A stretch of DNA of 64,000 nucleotides from Octopus vulgaris (lineage: Eukaryota): NCBI GenBank assembly GCA_951406725.2, contig OX597817.1, positions 140,678,001 to 140,742,000 of the forward strand, in the 5' to 3' direction. Positions 23,880-37,615 of the stretch are shown one piece after another. The notes under the pieces were generated by a model. It worked only from the letters and a program-made list of their open reading frames with translations. It made no database searches and was not told the DNA's origin. The position numbers were made by a program, and so were the translations under genes. Numbering within the stretch: the first letter of the stretch is position 1; the number at the start of each line of letters is the position of its first letter.

Positions 23880-24017
23880 CTTTTGTCAGTTGAATGGGCT
23901 TGAGTAACGTGAAAAAAAGTGTCTTCCACATAGACACAACACGCCGCTAGGAATCGAACACACTACCTTACAATCATGAGCCGAAAACCCCTAACCACTA
24001 ACCTACGCCCTTCACTA
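23880..24017 (-). mobile_element. Old tRNA/CORE-like SINE head
   Basis: GGTTAGTGGTTAG..GTTCGATTCC followed by degenerate CORE-like sequence. Confidence 0.6.
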
Positions 24018-24871
24018 CAGATACATATACACACAGATACATATATACACGTATATACATAAACATACATACACACACATACACACATACATACACGCAT
24101 ACATAGACGCGCGCACACACTCACATGCACACACATGCATATACACACACAAACACACATATCCTTTCACGTACACACAACACTCAGATTCAGTAGAACT
24201 GCATATTTCATAGAACTAAACATCGCCTCTAAAATAAAGAATAAATTTGGTGCCAAGGGATTCTTGAAATTCACCATTGATCGATTCAATATGTTTTGGG
24301 CCGACAGATCGAAGGATCTAGAATTTCTTACTCACAGCCAAACTGTTTCCTCTTTCCTTGCAAATCTGGAGAGTAGAATTTCCAGAAGAGTGCTGTCGGC
24401 AATGGTGGATGTGTATAATTGATGAAGAGATCGATGAATTCCAGTGCTAAGCAATAACTTGAACATGATTGAGACGTCAATAAGTATTCGCCTCAACTTA
24501 ATAACCATTGGCTGACAGATGCGCTTGATTAATAAACCCCAAACAAATAAATATACTTATCACACCTATACACACACACACGCGCACACACACGCACACA
24601 CACATGCACACACACACACACACTCACACATATATACAAGCAGTAGTAGCAGATAAATCTTGATTTATTACCCAAGCACGAGCTAAATACTAAAAAAAGG
24701 AAAAGAAAAGGGTAAGTGACAATATAAGCGATCGCATTATATGCGTGACATTACCCTATCTACTGCCAGTGGAGATAAAAATAAGAACGCAATCAGCCCA
24801 CAGGAAAATATCAACTCAAATCAAAACTGTCTTAGTCCAAAGTTAAGCCTAACCATTTCTTTGACTATTTA

Positions 24872-25012
24872 TTAGGTTGTCCCAAAAGTTCGTAAACACT
24901 TGCGAAAATTGAATTTTTACTCGCCAAGTACTAACAAAAACAACAAAAATTATTCCTCAAAATAAAGACCATTATTTTCCAAGACTTTCTACGAACTTTT
25001 AGGACAACCTTA
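24872..25012. mobile_element. Mariner-type MITE, second copy
   Basis: First ~93 bp identical to the 8005 copy; TIRs and TA flanks. Confidence 0.85.
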
Positions 25013-26327
25013 TATTACCTTTCGTTTTTGGTTTTGGTTTGCAAGATTCTTTATATGAGTTCGTGTGTTGAAGCATATTCTATTGTGTCTGGGGAGGGTC
25101 ATTTTCTTTTTGTGCCTTATAATATAACACACTCACCGGTAAAATTTCCACTTTTTTCTTATTTTTATTTTCCTAAAATTTTCGTTGCGTCTTGCAACCT
25201 TTTCAATAGTCTTGACTCTGACCGTTATTTACACTGCGTTCCCTTTTGTTTGTTTGTGCGCATGTGTGTGGGTCAGTGTTCGTGTGTGTGTGCCTATACA
25301 TGCATGCATGTACGCATGTATGTATGTGTGTGTTTGCATGTGTATGTATGTATATATGTGTGTGTATGCATATGTATATATGTATGTATGTGTGTGCATC
25401 TGTATGTACGTATCCTGCATATTTATGTGCTTGCATGTCCGTGTTTGTATATTTTCTATGTGTGTGTGAGCATGTGATTGCATATGTATGCACCTCTGTC
25501 TCCTTGTGTGTGCATGTCTGTGTATGTGTGTGTGTGTGTGTTATGCAACTATGTACCATGTTTGTATGTATGGATGTGCATCTTTATATGTGTGGATCCG
25601 TGTCTCCATATGTGTCTTCATACAGTCTATATACATATCCGTCTGTTTATTTACATAGCTATATGCTTACATACAGAAATAAAATTTCCGATTGCGAAGA
25701 ACTTATAAATTAGTGCCAACGAGGGATAGTTTTGGAGTGGTAGTTTTACATGCTAAAACAAGCAGCCAAATCTACTTCCAATCTCACCCTACCATCTTAG
25801 AAAAATTATTGTTTCACATTTGTTCTTTCGTGCCTATGTGTGTCCTTCTATGAGGTAGTTTGACTTTCTAAAGCTAACAGCTAAATCTACCTCGAATCAC
25901 ACCAAGAGAGGAATGGTGCATTGGATAATGAAGCAGAGAAGGAGTGTTTCAAGGAAGAAATCAGCTGTCACAGCTGCAACACCTTTAATAATAGGTCGGC
26001 TCCATCAGGAATGACTTGGTGTTCGGACAAATTCCTTCGAGGGATACCAAATAAGCCACTCATATCTAGTTGCATTTAAGTCAAGAACAATATTCTACTT
26101 GAATAAACCATGATCCCTTAAAAATTGTCTTTAAAATAACTCGACAGATCCTATCAGGTGGCGCTGTTAAGTCAGACATAGCTGAAACATATCTAAGATA
26201 TATAAGTTACACACACACACTCACTCACACATACACACACACGCGCGTACACAAATACACATATATAGATACACACACATGTTCAGACACACACACACAA
26301 ACAGACATATATATATATATATATATA

Positions 26328-26469
26328 GGGAAAGTTTACAAAAAAAAACAAAAGACGAAGACGGGTGGTGTACAAAACAAACAGATGTATTAGTATAACG
26401 CTCAGGAATAGAAAAAGTCTTTTAGGTTTCGAGCCTACGCTCTTCTACAGAAAGGTACACAGAACAAAC

Positions 26470-26470
<1 letters not shown>
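26328..26470 (-). mobile_element. PLE-1 terminal fragment, HHR at 26419-26454
   Basis: CTTT-CTGTAGA-A-GAGC-GTAG-GCTC-GAAAC-CTA-AAAG; lies between TA tracts. Confidence 0.75.
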
Positions 26471-26523
<53 letters not shown>

Positions 26524-26527
<4 letters not shown>

Positions 26528-26786
26528 AGGCGCAATGGCCCAGTGGTTAGGGTAGCGGACTCGCGGTCGTAGGATCGCGGTTTCGATTCCCAGACCGGGC
26601 GTTGTGTGTGTTTATTGAGCGAAAAACACTTAAAAGCTCCACGAGGCTCCGGCAGGGGGCGGTGATACCTGCTGTACTCTTTCACCACTATTTCTTCTGT
26701 TGGCCTGCTCGCTTAGCCAGCGGAGTGGCGTCGTTCGAAGGCTAAAACAATGTGAACGCATCTGATGGACTGGTCGGTCACGTGAT

Positions 26787-26794
<8 letters not shown>
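26524..26794 (+). mobile_element. SINE family B
   Basis: Homologous to 8218-8500. Confidence 0.9.
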
Positions 26795-26823
<29 letters not shown>

Positions 26824-26849
26824 CATACATAAACACATGTAAATAAATC

Positions 26850-27228
26850 CCTAGCTCACGGTCAAAGATGGGGGTTCTCCTCTCAAGCGAAACGCTGTCG
26901 TGAGTGCCGCTGGGTGATGGACTCGGGTGATGATGTTATTCCACGCTTTCCAATCCATGCCGCTTGCCTTAGCATTCTTGAGATCGAGGCGCACCGAATA
27001 CAGGTCTTCCTAAATTTGTTTCACCCATGTTTTCTTTGCCGCGCTGCGCTGGATTCTCCAGTGCGTGAGTCGCTACCCTCCACAAAAGCTGATGTGAAAG
27101 TTCTCTGGTGCTCATTCTTCAGATGAGGCTAACCTTGGTCTTCAATGGTTGACTGCTGCTAGCATTGTTCTCGGATGTTGTTGTTTGAGAGACAACAAGG
27201 ATCCAACGAAGACATCGCATTTGAAACA
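26850..27228 (-). mobile_element. RTE-like LINE 3' fragment
   Basis: FQMRCLRWIL and R..QRKTWVKQI.EDL motifs. Confidence 0.6.
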
Positions 27229-27319
27229 CCCCGGTGCCACGCACTAGAACTGAACTTGGACTCGTGTTTTTGGAAGGCAAGCTCCTTACCACACAGCTAC
27301 GCCTGCGTATATATGCAGA

Positions 27320-27391
<72 letters not shown>

Positions 27392-27573
27392 CCATAGATG
27401 GAATTTATAAATATATTAATGTATCGCTACGCGATACGTTCCTAGTTCGTATTCCTGGAACGAACTCATTCATTTATTTGTCTATATGTATATGTATGTG
27501 TGTGTGTGTGTGTGTGCGCGTGTATGTGTATGCATATATGACTATTAATCTTTTCCTTGGGAAAGTTGACTGT

Positions 27574-27625
<52 letters not shown>

Positions 27626-28154
27626 AAGACCCAGAGAGCCAGAGACAGAGAGAGAAATATCGACATGCATGCGTACACAGTGCATACGTATAGTTCATGT
27701 ACGTATTACGTGCATATTCATATACACATACATAGAAATGCACAAAAGCATACATACGTCATACATGTATACAAACATACACACATGCATACATGTAAGC
27801 AAATATACATACACACATGCATATGGACATACATGTGTACATGCATACACAATCAGAAGGTGTATTAGGATATATAAATCTGTTAATCTCCCTCGCTGGT
27901 TTGATAAATAGCGTCAATTAGTTAACTTTAAGTGCTTAAAAGCGTATATATGTGAGTGCAGTGTGTATACAAACAGCGGGTGTATATTGCCTATATATTG
28001 TTCCTAGAATGAATCATTCAAACATACACATATACACGCATACACATACATACATATATACACATGTAAATAGACATACATATATATAGGTATACATCAT
28101 ACACACATACACACACACAAACATACACTCACATACATATATACACATTCAAAA

Positions 28155-28374
28155 TGTGACCGCGTGTGTACCGTTACCGTTGGCGATTTTTTTTCCTCCG
28201 TCTTCCCTTCCTTGGGTCTTTCCTTTTCCTGTGTTTCTGACGAAGAGCTCCGCTCGAAACGTTGAACCCTCCTTCTGTCCTTCTTTTCCTGAGCGTCCAA
28301 TAATACTATATTTGTTCCACGTCCTCGCGTTGTTGTGTTTTCTCTTTGTGTTTTCATGTTTGGATTAACTTTAT
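28155..28374 (+). mobile_element. Penelope-like terminal fragment family PLE-2, HHR at 28233-28267
   Basis: GUUU-CUGACGA-A-GAGC-UCC-GCUC-GAAAC-GUU-GAAC, canonical core; homologous to 47505-47710. Confidence 0.8.
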
Positions 28375-29204
28375 ACACTTATATACATACATTCTTCCTA
28401 ATAATTATCGGTGCATTTGTAAAGAACACTCTGGAAATGCTAAGATTTTCAAGAAAAGAATAAGAGACTAGTTAACATGCACTTTTGAGATTAAATCTCT
28501 AAGTAGAACAGGAAAAACACGCTATACGTTCTTAAAATTCAATATGTAACAATTATTCTTGTTTTTTGTTTTTTTTAATTTCTACTGCGAAAGCTAATAT
28601 TCTTTGCTAGAAACCATCTTTTAGCCTATAAGTTAAATTCTTATAACTAAATATAAAAAAAAACATATAGTATCACCCACATCATTATCGGAAGGAAATA
28701 TTTCCTCCTGATGATGAGGTAGGTGATACCATAATTTAAATTTGTGTTATTTTAAATACATTTGCTTACATCAATTTATTTCATGAATAGTCTACGCTCA
28801 ACGCACACGCTACTGTATTTACAGACCACCTAGTTTCTGCAAAGCTGTAACGCAAATTCTGCTCTCTTTACTCTTTGATATTAAACTATGAACTTTCCGG
28901 ATATCTACCGATCTATGAACAACTCCTATGAACTTCCGTTTTCCGGCTTTTTTTTTAATCTTTTTCAGTTTTTCTTCATAATTATATTTATACTCGCTTC
29001 TGTATAACGAATTTATAAATACTTTGATCTCATTAACAGCCGCCTATCCAACTTCTATTATATGTTATTATACTATACCACGCGCGCGCCGCTTATGTGT
29101 GAGTGCGAAGTGTTAACTATTCAATTAATGTTTGACTGTTTTGATTCATATATAGCTTTACATATAAAAGCGCATAAATATATATACAAAAATTTATACA
29201 TATA

Positions 29205-29463
<259 letters not shown>

Positions 29464-29504
29464 GTGTGTATATGCGTTTATGTATGCATGTGTATAGTGT
29501 AAAT

Positions 29505-29795
29505 CACCGTGATCACTGTGACCGACCAGGCTGTCAGATGTTGCTACACATCGCTGGTCACAATGAGCTTCGCATTGTATTAACCTTCAAATGACGCCAC
29601 CCCGCTGGCTAAGCGAGCACGCCAACAGATGAAAGATTGAAAGAAAGTTGTGGCGAAAGATACAGCAGGGATCGCCATCACCCCCTGCCGGAGTTTTCGC
29701 TCAATAAACATTCACAACGCCCGGTCTGGGAATCGAAACTGCGATCCTACAACCGCGAGTCCGCTGCCCTAACCACTGGGCCATTGCGCCTCCAC
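29505..29795 (-). mobile_element. SINE family B with 11-bp TSD
   Basis: ATAGTGTAAAT at 29494-29504 and 29796-29806. Confidence 0.9.
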
Positions 29796-30121
29796 ATAGT
29801 GTAAATGCAATGGGAATTAAGAAAGGACAGCACAGAATGGGGAAGGTTTAACGTACGAAGTTTTACCTCAATGCTATAGACCTTTACAATATGGCGTTTT
29901 CAGTACTGAAACCCATTGCTAATTAATGGAGGGTGTTAGACTTTCCGGAAACAGAATGTGTCTTAACGTTTCAGATGTTAATACTTCATCAAAAAAAGGA
30001 AAAATACAATAAATATACACATACATACACGCACACACACACATACACACACACACGCGCACACACACATACACACACATACTCAAGATGGATTTCAGCT
30101 ACGCCTGCGTATGTATGCAAA

Positions 30122-30175
<54 letters not shown>

Positions 30176-30715
30176 CCATAGATGGAATTTATAAATATAT
30201 TAATGCATCGCTACGCGCGTTTCCACAATTCACATGTTTGTTACGTTCCTAGTTCGTATTCCTGGAACGAACCCATTCATTTATTCGTAAGGAATAAGTC
30301 AACTGACGGCTACTGTAAAAGATATTTATATGAAGTGTCACGGCTCGGTGGAGGAGGAACAGTAGCCACGTGAATACAAAGCCAAATTTTCGACTAGATG
30401 GCCATGTATGTAACCCTTGTCTCTCAATATCTCTTTCTGCGTTTGTGTAAGAAGGTTCCTTCTCAACCATATAGTTCCGCATTCAGTCCCACTATGTCAG
30501 CATGTGTCTTCTACTATAGACCCAGGTCGACAAAGCCTTGTGGTTGGTTTGGTGCACAGAAACTGAAACAAGTAAAGATTTTCTTGTTCTGTACTTCACC
30601 ACACGTACTGAGTTGTCCTGAGCTTTTCCAAGTGTAATAACTTGTCTTGTAATTTTCTAGGTTTATAATCTTAAGAATATTATTTCTCTTGCTCGCATTT
30701 TTCCATGTAATACAT

Positions 30716-30784
<69 letters not shown>

Positions 30785-31283
30785 CATACATTAAGAAAGA
30801 ACGAGAGAGCGAAAAAACGAAAGAATTGGACAGTTGGTTAGAGAGAGTTTATGTGTGTGTTTATCGACAAACCACGTGTGATCACAAAAGAAGTGTGTGT
30901 ACCTATGTATGCTCTTGAATGTGTGGATGTGTCTTTTATATTCTGTCTTATTCTCTTCTCTCTTCACTAAAACACACTCACACACACACACACACACACG
31001 CACGCACACACACACACACGCGTGCGCCATACTATTTATCAGAGACAGCATTTGATTTATAATCCTAAAGTGTCTTACTATAGAACTTACTTATTTTATC
31101 CTCGTCATTAATCACTAATAACTGATGATTAGCAACACACTGCATGCATGCTTCTAGGGAAGAGTAGGCGTTTCGAAAGAGTATCAAAGAGTAGCCGGTA
31201 TGGGAGGAATTGTTGTATACAGTGCTCAGGTGCATATCTATATATATGTATGTATGTACGCATATATACTTATGTATATGTAA

Positions 31284-31326
<43 letters not shown>

Positions 31327-31462
31327 CGTGTGTGTGTGTGTGTGTGTGTGTATTTGTGTGTGTGTATGTGTGTGTAATGTATATATATATCTATATATAT
31401 ATATATACATATATATACATGTAATATATATATATATATACATACATATATACACACACACA

Positions 31463-31567
<105 letters not shown>

Positions 31568-31599
31568 ATATTTATATATATATATGTATGTATGTATAT

Positions 31600-31657
<58 letters not shown>

Positions 31658-32009
31658 CATAGATTTACGTACATGTGAGGATGTGTGTATGTGCGTATTC
31701 TACACTCTCCATTAATTAGCAATGGGCTTCAATACCGAAACCGCCATTCTGTAAGAGTCTATATTCCTCAAAAACATTAATACCAAGCCACTGTCGATGT
31801 TACCGCGTTGTCAAGATTGATGGTGGTGTTGGTGGTGGCGGTGATCATTGTGGTGGCTGTGGCGGTTGTGTGTGTGGGGGGGATCATGGTGGTTTCCTTC
31901 GTCGTCGACGTCATTGTTATCGGGAGAGTTGTGGTTGTAGGTATTTGTATGTGGTAGTAGTTGTTGTTTTGGTGGCGCTCTTACTGTTGGTGGTTGCTGT
32001 TGCTGTTGA

Positions 32010-32172
32010 GCGAAAGAGTACAACAGGGGTCGCCACGACCCCCTGCCGGAGCCTCGTGGAGCTTTAGGTGTTTTCGCTCAATAAACACACACAACGCCCG
32101 GTCTGGGAATCGAAACCGCGATCCTCCGACCGCGAGTCCGCTACCCTAACCACTGGGCCATGGTGCCTCCAC
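32010..32172 (-). mobile_element. SINE family B, 3'-truncated
   Basis: Head nearly identical to the 26524 copy; TTGCTGTTG on both sides. Confidence 0.85.
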
Positions 32173-32404
32173 TTGCTGTTGGTGGTGGGGATGGTGGCGT
32201 TTGTGGTGGTGGAAGTGGTGGTCGTCGTCATCGTGATGTTTCTCGGTCGTCTACTTGAACTTTGGCACAATCCTGACGGTTATGGAGCAGTGGTTGCTTA
32301 TTAGTGCTGAATATTATGGGTTTGCAGTAATAGAGAAGATCAGTTATACACACATAAACACACGCTCCTAAATAGACAGACAGACATATGCATGTGTGTG
32401 TTTT

Positions 32405-32441
<37 letters not shown>

Positions 32442-32591
32442 ATTTGTTAGGGAATAAAAATTCTGGCATAACAGGGGTTCAAATTATCCTCAATGAAGAA
32501 ATATATATTTTAATTTAGAGATAGTAGGCCCCTTCATCTCACCATATAAAAAAAAGAATTTTTATTTTAAATACCTACTATTTTATAAGTT

Positions 32592-32686
32592 GGCTACACG
32601 TGTTTCCTGAGGTACATTTCCCGGTTCCTAAACCACTCCGTGTTTTGCTGGAACCCTTCTTAAAATGTAACCCCAATCATCAGGCC
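32592..32686 (-). ncRNA. Type I HHR with long stem-loop II in a Penelope-like fragment (~32438-32740)
   Basis: GGC-CUGAUGA-U-UGGGG-U-UACAUUU...AAAUGUA-CCUCA-G-GAAAC-ACGU-GUA-GCC. Confidence 0.75.
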
Positions 32687-33619
32687 CTTACATCACTTTA
32701 TCATCGCTCAATACTATAAACTATATTTTAATTTTTCAAAACCCATAATTATGTGTAAAATAGGTACGTGTAAATTAGGCTCGCTGGACCCTGCAGTACA
32801 CACACTTCAGATAAAAATTCAAATAAAAAATTACAAAAATAAAATTATTTTTGTTATTTTTGTAATTTTTACTTTTGTAATTTTGTATTTGAATTTTTAT
32901 CTGAATTATGGTATTCGTCCAGAGATAGTATCTTTTATGGGCTTACCGTGTTTATAAAATACACCTAAATCAGTAGCAGACAAACGCCGTTGAGCAGCGG
33001 GTGTGAGAATGCTTGATGCTATTCCTGCCTGTTTGAGCTTTGTCAGTAGCTTGTATTCATTGGCAACCGCATGCTAAGAGGAAATCTGCCGCCTCTGGTG
33101 CTGGAAAGCCGTGACTGCAATTAGTTGTCCAAGTGAATAAAATTCGTTATATGCAACGAAACAAGTATTAGCATAAAATAGTCACCTGTGGGTCTTACTT
33201 AGTGCAAATACATCGTGAGAAGGCAAATTTACAGCAGTATTTATCCAAAGATAATATCTCTTATGGATGTACTATGTTTAAATAAAAAAAAAAACACAAA
33301 TATGCCAGTAGCATCCAAAATTGATTTTCGTCTTCCAGTCAGGATGCTAGTCATCAGAAAGTTTTGCAGTTCAAAGTGGCAACAGAGTGAAACGCGGGGG
33401 TAATCGAGAATTAATTGATTTTTTTATCTGGTAATGTAGCAAGAACAGAAACAATGAAAGAGTCCTTCATTGGGACGGTGCCAAATTCGTTTCTTTTAAG
33501 AACAAAAGATCTGAAGCACTTCTTTTTAAAAAAAGAAACACCACTACACCTCCTACCCCCTTTAAACGTAAACGGCATTCAATTAAGAACCCTCACAGTC
33601 GCTTCAAATGCCGTAGGAT

Positions 33620-34110
33620 CCTAACGAAAGTGCACCGTTAGGGCCGCATCACAAAAACTAGCTTCTCTCTTCAGAACTAGAAGCTATTTCAGTGCTCAAC
33701 ACCTACTGAGGCTCACAGTGAAGGACTTCTCCCGCATCTATGCCCACTGATAACCTCGACTGCATCTATGGCAGGGCCACACCATCGGATACACTGCAAG
33801 TCTTTAGCTCACAGACTTGTCGATTCTCTCTATTGCGCTTGTGAATGCCTCTGCTCCTCTGAACGAGCTCGTTTCATACCTCACCACTCAGCCACACCTG
33901 ACCCGCATTTCTTTCAAGTCGCCTTTGTTGTCCCCAGTCTTTCCTGGTCGGAGACTCCCCCTCTCCAATCCCCACCCTTCTCATGTCTTTCCTGCTCTAA
34001 TTTCAACTAAACCTTAATGACATCACGCTCACTGGCTTCGTGGAGGTGGGGTGTAAAGTTCATGGCCCACATCACTAGTTTCCTCAGTCCCTGCTCTTTA
34101 TGTATTAACA
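33620..34110 (+). mobile_element. Old CR1/L2-group LINE 3' remnant
   Basis: SLAHR..SL.Y...LCSSE and SHVFP motifs across frames; heavily decayed. Confidence 0.45.
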
Positions 34111-34222
34111 TCAACTTCCGTATTTTTATCACTATACATTACACTCTCGTAATGCCATACTATTTCTATGGTCATTCATACGTCTTGTGTTATATAGCAC
34201 AAAGTTCTCAAACACTGCGTTG

Positions 34223-34378
34223 GGATGCAAAGCTACACTATGGCACAAACATACACCGTGGCACAAACATACGCCGTGGCACAAACATACGCCGCTGCAC
34301 AAACATACGCCGTGGCACAAAGATACACCGTGACACAAAGATAGTCTATGACACAAAGATACGCCGTACGGCAAAGAT
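34223..34378. repeat. 18-bp minisatellite, about 8 units (TGGCACAAACATACGCCG)
   Basis: Directly visible. Confidence 0.9.
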
Positions 34379-34620
34379 GGTTCTAGTATAAAGATATGCT
34401 ACAAGGGGTATCTAAGACTATTGAGGATTTTTAAAAATATGATTTAAGGTTTTTGGCTTGAAAAATAACCTATTATTCATAATTTAGTTCTACATAACTG
34501 GATTGACAAAACGACACTTACAATGGTTTTCCATATTTTACAATAAATTTTAACTTTCAAAATATATTTTTAATTTTAATTTTCCAAAGAAATTACGCCA
34601 GAAATTTTATGCACACTACA

Positions 34621-34790
34621 GGGTGATGAGCTGACCAATTGTTAGCATGTTGGACGAAGTGCTTTGCGGCATTTCTTTCGGTCAGTTACATTCTGAGTAC
34701 AAACATCGCCGAGGTTAACTATGCTCTTCGTCTATTTCGCGGTCGATTAGGTAAGTACCAGTCAGTACTGGAGTCAATGCAATCGCCTCA
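34621..34790 (+). mobile_element. Old SINE family C copy
   Basis: Degenerate match to the head and central domain of family C. Confidence 0.6.
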
Positions 34791-35325
34791 AAACTGCTGC
34801 TCCCTGCAACGGACCGGTACTGCGTTCAAGTTGATGTTGCGATCCCACTCACAAATATGACATGGAAAGAAGGTAACCAACGTTACAAGTCACAAAGCTA
34901 AAGAAAAGTATGAAAATATAACACTACAAGTGAAAAATATTGCAAAGCCAAGTTATATCATATGTGAACACCATTCTATATTAATGCAAGACTTATACAC
35001 GTCTGTCAACTATATGCAGTAGTATCGCGGAACTATAAGTTATTGCATAAAATCAATTTGCGGTGTTAAATAGACTTTCAAAAGATTACTGTAACGTATT
35101 TTATTTTTATTCTTTCTGCCACTCCATCGCCTGTTATATCTAATAAAATAAATGGTTGTGTGAATTGAAATAATAACTTATATACGAGGAATTTTATTAC
35201 ATTAGCACAAAATATAAATGTAGAATCGGCCATTATTATCTATTAAATTATCTTTTCACCTCTACATCTGCCAGTCTATTTCTCTGACTATTTATCGAGG
35301 AATCTAACACTTACATAAGCACAAC

Positions 35326-35379
<54 letters not shown>

Positions 35380-36098
35380 GAGAGAGCGAGAATGTGTGTG
35401 TGTTTGTGTGTAAGAGAGAGAATATACGTAAGTGAATTTGCGTGTCGGTATTTAGAATTAAACATTTCATTATAACATTAGCCGTGAATATTATATGATA
35501 ATGACTATGTATCTGTGTCAGTGTATATGTGTATGACTGTTGGTGCTACATGCTCACACACACACACACACACATACATACATACACTTACACTCACATT
35601 TGTACATGTATATGTATATATGTATGTGTGTGTGTGTGCATGTGTGCGTGTTGTGTAAATATCTTGCTCACGTACCTATGTATCTATATTAACTCGCACA
35701 TAGATCTAACATATTGCAAATTATGCAGATGGATGTAAATATATGGGTGCATACCGCTATGATTATACAAGTCATAGGAGGTTTTTTAAGTGTGTTTATA
35801 CAACACTGTATGTGTATGCATACGAGCAAACACACATATATGTATATATATATATATATATATACTCACACACAGGCACGCACGCACACACACACACATA
35901 TATACACAGAGAGAGGTAAACGCAACATATGAATGTAAAAGCACCCAAAAACCGTGTATGACGAAATATATGCGTGCGTATGTGTATGTGAATACATACA
36001 TATATGCGTGTGTGTGTATAAATATATTCATATATATATATATATGTATATATATACATACATATATATGTATATATATACATATATATATATACATG

Positions 36099-36152
<54 letters not shown>

Positions 36153-36365
36153 TATATATATATATATATATATACAAGCACATATTTATATATATACACA
36201 CGGAATCATGTGCACCTGTGTGTGCATATGTGTGTTTCGGTGTAGTTTCTGTGTTGCTATATTCGTGAATCTTTTTATTAAGGATGTCATGTATATTCCC
36301 ATTGTTATGCAAAGCCATATATATGAGTGTGCATATATACCTATATACGTATATATTTGTATGAC

Positions 36366-36400
<35 letters not shown>

Positions 36401-36419
36401 GTGTGTGTGTGTGTATATA

Positions 36420-36499
<80 letters not shown>

Positions 36500-37302
36500 A
36501 AAATGAAAAAATATATGTGTGTGTCTGTGTGTGTGTGTGTGCGTAAATGTCTATATATGTGTATACATGTGCATGTGTACACATGTGTATACTTGCTCTG
36601 AGCTGCGCTGTCAACATACGTAGAGTCTATTCGTTTATCATTATACTTAGCGTTGATATTCATATTCTTTTCATTATAATCTTCATAATTGCCATTATCA
36701 TCATCATCATCATCATTATAATTACCAACACACCAACACCTCCGCCATTCTCATCGGCACCAGCAGCAGCAGTAGCAGCAGCTTCGTCGTCCTCATAACC
36801 ATCGTTGTCACTATCACCATCATCATCATCATCACCATCACCATCACCATCATCATCATCATCATCATCATCATCATTATTACAATCACGAACATCACCG
36901 TTGTCGTCGTCGCTGTCATCGTGAATACATTAGAACGCCAATACATAAATTAGCCGGCCTGTATTAATAAGTACGTCATTCATTTGAAATTTAATTAGAA
37001 ACAAACCATTTAAAAATCTATTAGTACGGAGTTGATTGCGAAATGTTGCTATGATGTTAACTGAAACTATTTATTATCAGTGTTTAGAGGCAGCCGAGGG
37101 ACACATGCAGAGACGTCAGGCCAATGATCCTATATATATATATATAGAGAGAGAGAGAGATGAGAGAGAGTGAGAGATAGAGATACATACATACATACAT
37201 ACATACATACACACATACATACATACATACGTACGTACGTACATACATACACACATAGATACATACATGCATACATACATACATACATGTGTATGTGTAT
37301 GT

Positions 37303-37349
<47 letters not shown>

Positions 37350-37404
37350 CATACATATACATACACAGATAGATAGACAAACTGACAGAAATCAGCCATA
37401 ATAC

Positions 37405-37615
37405 CTATTTCTTTACTATTCACAAGGGGCTAAGGACAGACAAACGGATTAAATCGATTATATCGACCCCAGTGCGTAACTGGTACTTATTTAATCAACC
37501 CCGAAAGGACGAAAGGCAAAGTCGACCTCGGCGGAATTTGGACTCAGAACGTAGCGGCAGACGAAATACTGCTAAGCATTTCGCCCGACGTGCTAATGGT
37601 TCTGCCAGCTCGCCG
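37405..37615 (-). mobile_element. SINE family C
   Basis: Homologous to 48972-49203 with a short deletion in the tail. Confidence 0.9.

Noticed and set aside
25740-26030. Recurring old repeat-like phrases (gcagccaaatct, cattggataatg; echoes near 3450-3620 and 55650-55830)
   Set aside because: Probably an ancient dispersed repeat, but too diverged to delimit or classify.
26524-26600. tRNA-like sequences at SINE heads
   Set aside because: No complete cloverleaf, and they continue into SINE bodies, so they are not tRNA genes.
34223-34378. CRISPR-like periodicity (also at 54259-54327)
   Set aside because: Head-to-tail units without unique spacers, eukaryotic context, no cas genes.
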